A stretch of DNA of 64,000 nt from a virus: positions 12,978 through 76,977 of IMG/VR virus record IMGVR_UViG_3300028025_006190; one strand, written 5' to 3'. The translations under genes were made by a program, and so were the position numbers. The notes beneath the pieces were generated by a model. It searched no databases, was not told the origin of the DNA, and saw nothing but the letters and a program-made list of their open reading frames with translations. Shown here in pieces: positions 1 to 8,467 of this stretch (its first letter is position 1; each line of letters opens with the position of its first letter).

Positions 1-1
1 G

Positions 2-1219
2 CAGCTTGGTGCTTCTTCTGCAGAGTACAAGCAAGAAAAAGAAGAGTACATGGAGATGGAAGCCGCCGAGTACGAGCCTGGTGGCTACGAGTATGGCGAA
101 GATATGGATGCCTACGAGTATGCATTCTCTAACCTAGAGAAGAATGGTGTGTACGAGGCATCAATCATTGCCAGTGCTTCGGACCCCCAGACCCGTGTAG
201 ATGCATTCTTTGCTGTCGCTGAGTTCGCTAAATTCACTGACGATGAGCGTAAAGAATTGGCAAAGAAAGGTTGGGCTATGCCAGATGGTGCATACCCGAT
301 CCGTAACGAGTCTGATCTAAAGAATGCAATCAAAGCTTACGGCCGTGCATCGCTCAAGGAGCAGGTCGCCACTAAGAAGCACATCATCAAGCGTGCGCGG
401 GCTCTTGGCCTTGTTGCCATGCTCCCCGATGTGTGGCACATCAAGAATGCATCCACTTCGGAGTTCAGCATCGACAACATGCGTGAAGCTGCAGCCAAGC
501 GGTCTAAAGACCTTAGTGATCCTGTCTTCCAGCTCCGTGCTCGCGTTGCTTCTGCCAAGTCAGATCTAGAAGATGCCCTAGAAGTGGCTCGAAAGTCTGG
601 AAATCTAGAAGCTGTTCGTCAGGCTGAGAAGGACATCAGGGAGATCAACAAAGATCAAACTGAGATACCAACTACGCCAGGTGTAGTTGAGCGTGATGAA
701 TTTGGTCGTATCAAGTTCACCGCAAAGACTCAGCCGAGAGACGCTCGTGGTCGATTCCGCGACGTTCTTGCACGCCTCAAGTCTAATCTCGGTACCTCTG
801 GTAGCCAGAATGTTGTTGCCAAGATTAAGGCCGCTGAGAACCTAGACAACACCGGAAACTATGCCGGAGCCGTTGAGGCAGTTGCTGACCTCATTAATAC
901 AATTGACCGCCTAGATACTGGTGCTCTAAACAAGGAATCCCTTGAGAACATCACACGTACCACTACCGATCTCGGTAAGGTCATTGCAAATCTTCCCCTC
1001 CCATTCTCTAACCAAGCACAGAAGGTTCGTTACAGTGACCTACCTCCTGCGCTCCAAGACCTGATGAAAAACATGATCACTAAGGTCGAGGAAAAGATTG
1101 GACAGGAAGACGCGGATATTGCAACGCAAGAGCTCCGTGGATTTATGTCAGGGTCTGACGTTTATAGTCAGGGCGAGGTTTCGTCCCAGATGAATAAATT
1201 GCTCAGATTGCTTACATAA
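2..1219 (+). CDS. Head morphogenesis / capsid maturation-associated protein, C-terminal part (5' truncated)
   Basis: Frame is open from position 2. Lies immediately upstream of the major capsid gene. Contains the AMPDGAYPIRNESDLKNAIKAYGRA...HIIKRARALG and QPRDARGRF motifs seen in phage head proteins. Confidence 0.6.
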   Translation, partial: QLGASSAEYKQEKEEYMEMEAAEYEPGGYEYGEDMDAYEYAFSNLEKNGVYEASIIASASDPQTRVDAFFAVAEFAKFTDDERKELAKKGWAMPDGAYPIRNESDLKNAIKAYGRASLKEQVATKKHIIKRARALGLVAMLPDVWHIKNASTSEFSIDNMREAAAKRSKDLSDPVFQLRARVASAKSDLEDALEVARKSGNLEAVRQAEKDIREINKDQTEIPTTPGVVERDEFGRIKFTAKTQPRDARGRFRDVLARLKSNLGTSGSQNVVAKIKAAENLDNTGNYAGAVEAVADLINTIDRLDTGALNKESLENITRTTTDLGKVIANLPLPFSNQAQKVRYSDLPPALQDLMKNMITKVEEKIGQEDADIATQELRGFMSGSDVYSQGEVSSQMNKLLRLLT

Positions 1220-1349
1220 AAATAATGTAATATTAGTTATTGGGTGTAGTGCCTCCACATAAAAGTGTGCGGAAGTCCCTATATCTCAGACTAACCAAAG
1301 ATGTGCGGAAAGGTTCCGTGCATACTTACTGGCCCTAAGGAGAGGTACA

Positions 1350-3296
1350 GTGGACCACATCAAATCACAGCTGGACATGCTAGCTGAGCTCGACGACACA
1401 CAGGTCGAAGATCTTCAGAACAGTATTGTCACTGAGTTTGAGTCGATGGAACAAAGCGACCCCACTCCAGAGTCAGTAGATGCCATGACAACCCTAGCGG
1501 ACATGCTTGAAACAGTCCGTGGCGAGGTGTCACGTCGTGAAGTTGAGGCGCAGGAGCTTGCTGCTCGTGCGTCCGAGGCTGCCGACCGTGTACACAACGC
1601 AGAGGGAACAGAACAGGAGGAGGCTCCTATGGAGGAGACCCCAATGGAGGAAGAGACAGAAGCTCCGATGACCGAAGACATGCCTGAAGAGGACATGATG
1701 GAGGAAGACGAGAAGAAGGTTGTTCCTGCGGAAGCATCGACTGACGTGGAGGAGGCAGCCGAGTTTGCATCGGACTCCGAATCTGCAGAAGTAGAGAGCG
1801 TTGAACCAGTGACCGAAACAACAACTGAGGTTGTTGTTGAAGACGCTGTAGAGCTTTCTACCGAAACAACAGAGGCTGAGGCTGAGGTAGTAGAGGAGAC
1901 AATTGTCGCCGCTATCGAGGCCGAGGTTGACACACCAGCTGAAGCAGAAGCTTCAGTTGTAGAAGAAACAACTATTGAGCCTGAATCGGCTCAGGAAGAG
2001 GCACCCGTGACCGCCGCAGCAGAAGAGGCCTTCGAGGCCCCAGCTGACCGTCGTTTCGTAGCACAGGTTGTCGAGACACCCGTGGCAATCACTGCGGGTG
2101 CTGACATTCCAGGCTACACAGCTGGCAGCACAATTGAATCAATGAGCGACGTTGCAGTTGCGATGGAGAAGCGTCTCCACTCGCTACGCCGCGTCAACGG
2201 TGGAGATGGTGAGCAGCACATTGTTGCTTCTATCGCTACCCAGTACCCTTCGGATCGTATCCTTGGTACTGACCCAGAAGAGAACCGTCAGAAGATTGAG
2301 AACGTTGTTGGAGCAGAGGCGCTTGTCGCTTCGGGTGGTTACGCCACTCCGCTTCAGGTTCGTTACGATGTCTTTGGTCTCGGTACAGCAGCACGTCCCG
2401 TTCGTGACGCGCTTCCTCGTTTCCAGGCAGACCGTGGTGGTATCCGCTACGTAACTCCTCCAGTACTTAGCTCATACGCTAACGCTGTTGGTGTCTGGAC
2501 AAACGCGACCGATACAACACCTGAAGCAAACACCAAGACAAGCCTTACTGTTACGGCAGCCCAGGAGCAGACAGCATACACAGACGCTGTTACTCTGCAG
2601 ATGCAGTTCGGTAACTTGTTTAGCCGTGCGTACCCAGAGCTTCTGGCCCGCCACAACGAGCTTGGTCTAATCCAGCACGCTCGTGAGGCAGAGCAGAACA
2701 TCCTGAGCCGCATCGGTACTGCTTCGACGGCTGTTACAACCACAAGCCTCATCGGCTTTGGTCGTGACTTCCTCGTTCAGATCAAGCGGGCCGCGTCGGC
2801 TTACCGTACGCGTCACCGTATCGACCCAAACACACAGCTTCGTGCGATCATCCCTTCGTGGGTGTACGACGCTATGTCGGCTGACTTGACCCTGGCTATG
2901 CCTGGTGACTCAACAATCAGCGTGGGTGCTTCGGAGATCAACGGCTACCTCGCTTCGTCGAACGTATCGCTCGTTGCTTCGCTCGATGGTACGCAGTTCG
3001 CTTCGCAGTCGGGTTCGGGTGCTGCTCTCCAGGAGTTCCCAGACTCGTTCGTTTGGTACCTCTTCGCTGAGGGTTCGTTCATCTTCCTCGATGGTGGAAC
3101 ACTTGACCTCGGAATCATCCGTGACTCCGGTCTTGTCGGCACCAACGACTACAAGATGTTCGTTGAGACCTTCGAGGGCGTTGCCTTCGTCGGTACCGAG
3201 TCGCTTGCTATTACGTCGACCATCTCGGTCAACGGTGTAGCTGCAGCTCTCCGCGACACAACTGGTGGCGCTACTGCTGCCGCCGTCGAGTACTAA
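1350..3296 (+). CDS. Major capsid (hexamer-type) protein with long acidic N-terminal scaffold-like region
   Basis: RBS AAGGAGAGG before GTG. Glu-rich N-terminus, then ALVASGG...RGGIRY...GGTLDLGIIRDS...NDYKMFVETFEG, resembling cluster-B-like actinophage capsid hexamer proteins. Confidence 0.85.
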   Translation: MDHIKSQLDMLAELDDTQVEDLQNSIVTEFESMEQSDPTPESVDAMTTLADMLETVRGEVSRREVEAQELAARASEAADRVHNAEGTEQEEAPMEETPMEEETEAPMTEDMPEEDMMEEDEKKVVPAEASTDVEEAAEFASDSESAEVESVEPVTETTTEVVVEDAVELSTETTEAEAEVVEETIVAAIEAEVDTPAEAEASVVEETTIEPESAQEEAPVTAAAEEAFEAPADRRFVAQVVETPVAITAGADIPGYTAGSTIESMSDVAVAMEKRLHSLRRVNGGDGEQHIVASIATQYPSDRILGTDPEENRQKIENVVGAEALVASGGYATPLQVRYDVFGLGTAARPVRDALPRFQADRGGIRYVTPPVLSSYANAVGVWTNATDTTPEANTKTSLTVTAAQEQTAYTDAVTLQMQFGNLFSRAYPELLARHNELGLIQHAREAEQNILSRIGTASTAVTTTSLIGFGRDFLVQIKRAASAYRTRHRIDPNTQLRAIIPSWVYDAMSADLTLAMPGDSTISVGASEINGYLASSNVSLVASLDGTQFASQSGSGAALQEFPDSFVWYLFAEGSFIFLDGGTLDLGIIRDSGLVGTNDYKMFVETFEGVAFVGTESLAITSTISVNGVAAALRDTTGGATAAAVEY

Positions 3297-3319
3297 ACCT
3301 CGACAAATCCCTGTGGAAT

Positions 3320-3343
3320 CCTGGGGGGCTTCGGCCCCCCAGG
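3320..3343 (+). terminator. GC-rich stem-loop after the capsid gene
   Basis: CCTGGGGGGC-TTCG-GCCCCCCAGG; U-tract is weak. Confidence 0.6.
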
Positions 3344-3375
3344 TATCCCTCAAATTTTTACCTAAGGAATAACAC

Positions 3376-4251
3376 ATGGCTTTCCCCAAGACTGGCGTTG
3401 TACCAGCTCCAAAGATTGTACCTTCTGCTTTTGGTCTTCTTGTTGTAGCTAAGCCAGAGAACTCGGCTGATGAGGACATGTGGACCCGTGGATTCTCTCA
3501 AGAGTGGGAGACCGAGCTGTCTGCAGGAACAAACTGGGACGATACAGACACCACAGACGACGAAATTTTTTCTGAAGCAACACCAACTCGCCACACATTT
3601 ATCAAGCCATTCTTTATTGAAGCAACTGAAGACATCTCCACGCTGGGGTTTCGTGGTCTAGATCGTATTGGTCGCATCTCGCGTCAGCTTGAGGGGATCA
3701 CTCAAAAGGCTATGGAGCAGGAGCTCTGGAGCGGTGTTATTCGTCGCACAGAGACCCACGAAAACCTGAGCCTCAACGATGCTTCTGCCACGCTCGTAAA
3801 TGGAACGACAGCACTTACCGCAAGGCGTGCACTTGCTACTCTCGAACAGCTCATTGCTGAGACCTCCCCCGCTGGCGAGCAGGGAATCATTCACATGACA
3901 CGTGACATGGCTGCTCTTCTCTCGAGCAGCAGTCAAATGTTGTTCCACAACAAAGAAATTGACCACCTACAGACAATGGGCGGAACCCCCGTCATTATTG
4001 GTAGTGGCTACTCTGGAGCTGGTCCAGTAGGTGTCACAGGTGAGACTGCGAGTCTTACCAACAAATGGATGTACGCCACAGGCACTGTCAAGACCTATCT
4101 TGGCAAGGTCGATGTCGTCAACGACAATCTAGCGCAAGCATATGATGTGTCGGGTAATCAGAATGACATGAAGCTCAAGGCGATCCGCTCCGCTGCGGTT
4201 TACTTTGATTCTTCGATACACCTCGCAGTACGAGTCGACCTAACGACTTAG
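3376..4251 (+). CDS. Probable capsid pentamer / minor capsid protein
   Basis: Sits between capsid hexamer and major tail genes. LQTMGGTPVIIGSGY and WMYATG motifs. Confidence 0.6.
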   Translation: MAFPKTGVVPAPKIVPSAFGLLVVAKPENSADEDMWTRGFSQEWETELSAGTNWDDTDTTDDEIFSEATPTRHTFIKPFFIEATEDISTLGFRGLDRIGRISRQLEGITQKAMEQELWSGVIRRTETHENLSLNDASATLVNGTTALTARRALATLEQLIAETSPAGEQGIIHMTRDMAALLSSSSQMLFHNKEIDHLQTMGGTPVIIGSGYSGAGPVGVTGETASLTNKWMYATGTVKTYLGKVDVVNDNLAQAYDVSGNQNDMKLKAIRSAAVYFDSSIHLAVRVDLTT

Positions 4252-4296
4252 ACTGTATAATAATAATAACCACCAACCCAAAAGGAGAATAGCTTC

Positions 4297-5589
4297 ATGG
4301 CTACTCAAGATTATGCTGCTAGCATCCAGGGTGTATCCATTCGTGTTACTCGCCTGGACGCAAACGGCAACCTACTAAACGGAGCCGGTGATTCATACAC
4401 CACATCCGCATTCATGCGTGTTTCTTTCACGCCTGAATATGAAGAAGGCGACGAAATTACCGAAAAGTCGGCTAACGGCTCGGTCTGCGTTACCTACAAG
4501 TCCCCCGACACTCTCAAGCGTATTACCATGGAGCTCGCTATCTGTGAGCCCGATCCAGAGCTCACAAACCTGATCTCCGGTGGTCTTCTTCTTCGTAAGA
4601 ACCTTGGTACATTCGCATCTCCCGACAACAAGTCAATCGGTTGGGCTGCCCCCGCCGTTGGTGATGACCCCGCCGGTTACGGTGTGGCCATTGAGACATG
4701 GTCGCACGCAGTCAAGGATGGAAAGCGTGCCAGCACACTTCCCTACTTCCACTGGGTATTCCCATACGTCAAGCTTCGTCAGTCGGGTGACCGCGTCATT
4801 GAGAACGGTCTTCTCGCTAACACATTCGAAGGCTATGGACTGGGCAACCTTCTGTTCGGTGATGGCCTCGACGATCGCTGGGAGTTCCCAACGGCTGCCG
4901 GACGCCCCTACTCGTACGCACGTACAAACTGGGCACCGACCGGTCGCAACGGTTTCTACACCTGGCACGGTGAGCTAAGTTCTTCTGTTTCAAACAAGTT
5001 GAGAGAAGATGGCCTGGTTACACTTACCACTGCACAAGCTCACAACTATGCTGCAGGAGAGACTGTAACAGTCACTGGTGGAACCAAGACAGTGACTATC
5101 ACAGGTGCTACTGCAGGGTCCCCAACAACTGGGTCGGTTACATATGCTGCTGCCAACACCAGCACTAACGCTCTTGTAGTCGGAGACACTGTTGTTGTGA
5201 CCGGAGTCACGCCAGCTGGCTACAGTGGAACATTTGTAGTCACTGGTCGGACAAACTCTGACTTCACTGTAGCTAATGCAACAACTGGTGTGGCAACCGC
5301 TACGTCTGCCACTGGTGTGGTTAACACGTTGGTCGGTCTGACTGGAACATTTGAGATTGCTGATGTCCCAACAGACACAACCTTTACATATGTATTGGCT
5401 GGATCCGCCATTAGTACAACAGCAGTTAGCCCGGTTGGTACAGCGGTCGTCGCACCGGACAGCCGTGCTGTTAGTGTCCTGCCAAACCCAGATGACCCAG
5501 GAACATACAACGTTCCCGGTAACATCAACTACAACGCAGATGACGCTATTGACTACGTCATCCTATCGACTGAGAACCCTTCGTCGTAG
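4297..5589 (+). CDS. Major tail (tube) protein with C-terminal beta-barrel extensions
   Basis: RBS AAGGAG. IRVTRLDANG...EYEEGDEITEKSANGSVCV and YFHWVFP motifs. Thr-rich C-terminal domains. Confidence 0.85.
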   Translation: MATQDYAASIQGVSIRVTRLDANGNLLNGAGDSYTTSAFMRVSFTPEYEEGDEITEKSANGSVCVTYKSPDTLKRITMELAICEPDPELTNLISGGLLLRKNLGTFASPDNKSIGWAAPAVGDDPAGYGVAIETWSHAVKDGKRASTLPYFHWVFPYVKLRQSGDRVIENGLLANTFEGYGLGNLLFGDGLDDRWEFPTAAGRPYSYARTNWAPTGRNGFYTWHGELSSSVSNKLREDGLVTLTTAQAHNYAAGETVTVTGGTKTVTITGATAGSPTTGSVTYAAANTSTNALVVGDTVVVTGVTPAGYSGTFVVTGRTNSDFTVANATTGVATATSATGVVNTLVGLTGTFEIADVPTDTTFTYVLAGSAISTTAVSPVGTAVVAPDSRAVSVLPNPDDPGTYNVPGNINYNADDAIDYVILSTENPSS

Positions 5590-5604
5590 TAGATACATAA
5601 GGAG

Positions 5605-5641
5605 GACGGGTGGCGCAACAATAGGTGTGCCACCCGTTCTT
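5605..5641 (+). terminator. Intrinsic terminator-like hairpin
   Basis: GACGGGTGGCGCA...TGTGCCACCCGTT followed by CTT. Confidence 0.6.
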
Positions 5642-5662
5642 ACGTAAGAGAGAGACATACAA

Positions 5663-6718
5663 ATGCCATCATCAGGACTTTGGGTTACCGTAGCTGAGCT
5701 AGGCCCCGAATGGGAAAATTCTGACTACGCTGAACAAGCAGTTCAGTCGGCTTCTTATGTGATGTGGGCGCTCTCAGGACGGAAGTACTCTGGGGTAACT
5801 ACAGTCACTGAGCGATATGTTCGGTTTGCTCCACTCATTAATACTCGACTGATCCAAGAAGCAGCGATCATCAACTCAAGAATTAATAAGGCTCTTCAAA
5901 TTGTTGAGCCATGGGTTTCAGCTGAGACACGAATCCGACTCAGAGGCCAGCCCGTACAAGAAGTTGTAACTGTAAGAAATGTTGGCGGAGAGATTGTAAA
6001 CCCGAGCGCCTACTATTTGGTGGATCACTCAACTGTACAGTTCTCTGAGGGAGCTCTTATTGTCCCCGCAGATATCGAGGTCAGCTACACATACGGCACA
6101 AACCCGCCTCCCCTGGGCAAGATGGCTGCACGCCGTGTGGCCATCGAGTTTGTCAAGCTCTGGGAAGGCGACGAAGACTGTGCTCTTCCTCAGCGAGTAA
6201 CCTCAGTCACTCGACAGGGTGTCACGTACACACTTCTTGATTCTCAAGACTTCCTACAAGAGATGCGTCTTGGTATCTACGAAATTGACCTTTTCCTGAA
6301 GGTAATTAACCCTAATAAAGCTCAGAAGAGATCTAAGGTCTTTTCTCCCGACATTCCTAAGGCTCGTCGTTACACCCCGAAGCCGCCTGTTTTTGCGGCA
6401 AGTGCTCGGGACATGGTGGTAGCTAAATCTGGTGTAACTACAAAAACAATAACCAAGGCTTCCATATCTGCTGAGTTTTTGACTTCCCCTTGGACTCTAG
6501 AGCTCGTAATTAGAAACTGGGGCGAGTCTAAGTCAAAAACAATAGCGGCTGGCGCAACATACGACGCCACAAATATCACCTTGACTGTTTCTTATACTGA
6601 CGCTCAAGGCGTTCTCGGATTCTCAGATCCTGGCTCATATGATCTATATGCGATTAATGGGGCCACTACGTCTCATCTAGCGTCTGGTAACCTTACGATA
6701 GATATGACTAGTTATTAA
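5663..6718 (+). CDS. Head-to-tail adaptor
   Basis: WALSGRKYSG and CALPQRVTSVTRQGVT motifs; synteny. Confidence 0.75.
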   Translation: MPSSGLWVTVAELGPEWENSDYAEQAVQSASYVMWALSGRKYSGVTTVTERYVRFAPLINTRLIQEAAIINSRINKALQIVEPWVSAETRIRLRGQPVQEVVTVRNVGGEIVNPSAYYLVDHSTVQFSEGALIVPADIEVSYTYGTNPPPLGKMAARRVAIEFVKLWEGDEDCALPQRVTSVTRQGVTYTLLDSQDFLQEMRLGIYEIDLFLKVINPNKAQKRSKVFSPDIPKARRYTPKPPVFAASARDMVVAKSGVTTKTITKASISAEFLTSPWTLELVIRNWGESKSKTIAAGATYDATNITLTVSYTDAQGVLGFSDPGSYDLYAINGATTSHLASGNLTIDMTSY

Positions 6719-6726
6719 GGGACACC

Positions 6727-7236
6727 ATGGTAAACAAAAATATTGACGTATATGACATTGATCCAGATGCATTTAGCCTAAGTAACATGATGCAGGGCGT
6801 CCTGGATCGAGTAATTTCTCTCTACGAGTCGTACGGTATGCCGCTGCCTACTAGACGCTATTGGACTATGGGTACCCCCGCGGTGGACTGCGAGCAACTA
6901 GTTGTGAGTTTTGTTCAGATGTACCTCGGTGCTCCGGGGGATGAAGCAGCTACACCACAGAGGTGTCACGTCCCGAGAAGTGCTGTTGTTACTGTTTCTG
7001 TTGTACGACAGATCCCCGTAATAGGGACAAGTGGCCGCACTCCGGCTGGAGAAAAGATTCAAGACTATTCTGTATGGTCTGCCCTAGATGCGTGGATCCT
7101 TATGGCTTCCGTAAATCTTCTAGATCAGTGGGAAGAAGGTGGCTATGGACCAGGTGTTATTGCCACACTTAACTCCGTCGAGCCTCAGGGTGGATATCAA
7201 ACTATCAACCTACAAATCACGATGGCAGTCCCCTAG
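6727..7236 (+). CDS. Tail terminator / head-tail connector-like protein
   Basis: Synteny and size; PQGG motif near the C-terminus. Confidence 0.5.
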   Translation: MVNKNIDVYDIDPDAFSLSNMMQGVLDRVISLYESYGMPLPTRRYWTMGTPAVDCEQLVVSFVQMYLGAPGDEAATPQRCHVPRSAVVTVSVVRQIPVIGTSGRTPAGEKIQDYSVWSALDAWILMASVNLLDQWEEGGYGPGVIATLNSVEPQGGYQTINLQITMAVP

Positions 7237-7244
7237 GAGATCTG

Positions 7245-7646
7245 ATGATAGAAATTGAAAGAACACTATTAGTTCAAAACAAACCAGATCTAGATAATTT
7301 TCTAAATAATCCCCAGGGTGAAGTTGGTCAGTGGCTCAGGAAACGTGGCCACATGATGATGATGGCTGCCAAAGCTCAGGTCCCAACAGGAACTGGAAAA
7401 CTAAGGGCCTCTATTAAAATGATCCACAGCCGAAATGGGTTGGGTCAATATATTGACATAGGGTCAAATCTTAATTACGCCCTGTACGTTCATGAAGGCA
7501 CCCGGCCCCATGAAATTGTCCCCGAGAATAATAAAGTTTTAAGGTTTTCTGGCGGAGGTCGGGTTATCTATACGCACAAAGTAGAGCACCCCGGGACACG
7601 TCCTAATAAATATTTGTCGGACCAACTCTGGATGTTGAAAATCTAG
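7245..7646 (+). CDS. HK97 gp10-like neck protein
   Basis: PTGTGKLRASI...YALYVHEGTRPH...HPGTRPNKYL motifs. Confidence 0.75.
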   Translation: MIEIERTLLVQNKPDLDNFLNNPQGEVGQWLRKRGHMMMMAAKAQVPTGTGKLRASIKMIHSRNGLGQYIDIGSNLNYALYVHEGTRPHEIVPENNKVLRFSGGGRVIYTHKVEHPGTRPNKYLSDQLWMLKI

Positions 7647-7700
7647 TACAATAAATATGAGGAAACTCCTCAATGACATTACTAGAAAGAAACTAAAAAG

Positions 7701-8039
7701 ATGGCTAGATTTAAAGACTTTGGATCTTCTGTTGGTGTAGATCTTGACGCAGAACCAGTAAAGTTTAAGCTTTACGACGAAGAATTCACTTGTGTACCTC
7801 AGGTACAGGGGAAGGTTCTTCTCGAGCTTGTCGCCGAGTCCTCGAGCGAAGACGCTGTTCGTTCTTCTGCTGTTATCGACAAGTTCTTTAAGTATGTCCT
7901 AGAAGCGGAAAGCTACACTCGATTTGACGCACTTGTGCACGATAAGCACAAAATTGTTTCGGTTGAGACCCTAGCGGAGATCACTGGCTGGCTTGTCGAG
8001 GAGTACACGAACCGCCCGGAACAGCAGCCAGAGGCTTAG
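7701..8039 (+). CDS. Tail assembly chaperone (G-type)
   Basis: Small acidic ORF two genes before the tape measure; ends in an NRPE motif. Confidence 0.75.
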   Translation: MARFKDFGSSVGVDLDAEPVKFKLYDEEFTCVPQVQGKVLLELVAESSSEDAVRSSAVIDKFFKYVLEAESYTRFDALVHDKHKIVSVETLAEITGWLVEEYTNRPEQQPEA

Positions 8040-8452
8040 TCACTTGGGCTATTGACCTCTGGCCATACGTAAACGGAAAAGCTCTTGTGCACGGACTAAA
8101 TTTATTACAGATGAATGCATCAAATATGGTAGACGTCCTGCACTACTTTTTCGAAGAAGACATGTTTTATTCCAGTGCCGAACAGGCCGAGGCTCGTGAT
8201 GAGACTCGAAAGAAGATGTACTCCCAGATGTACGGGATGACATATAAATATGCTGGAACAAAGTCAAACCGTTCCGGTTCTACAACATATGGGGGAGAAG
8301 CTTATGACTTCTCTGACGATGTACCGGTGACTGAAGACATTAAGCCGTTCAACCCCAAGAAGAACCCCACAAAATCATTTATTCCGCCTACGCAGATGGA
8401 TCCCGAGTCATCAAGACCATTTGGCATTGATCTAGACGCCCCCCTGAGATAA
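8015..8452 (+). CDS. Tail assembly chaperone extension (T-type), probably reached by a -1 frameshift
   Basis: The -1 frame is open across the upstream stop (…RGLVTWAIDLWPYVNGKALVHG…). No RBS for the GTG at 8087. Confidence 0.65.
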   Translation, partial: PGTAARGLVTWAIDLWPYVNGKALVHGLNLLQMNASNMVDVLHYFFEEDMFYSSAEQAEARDETRKKMYSQMYGMTYKYAGTKSNRSGSTTYGGEAYDFSDDVPVTEDIKPFNPKKNPTKSFIPPTQMDPESSRPFGIDLDAPLR

Positions 8453-8467
8453 GAGAGAAGGTGAGCC

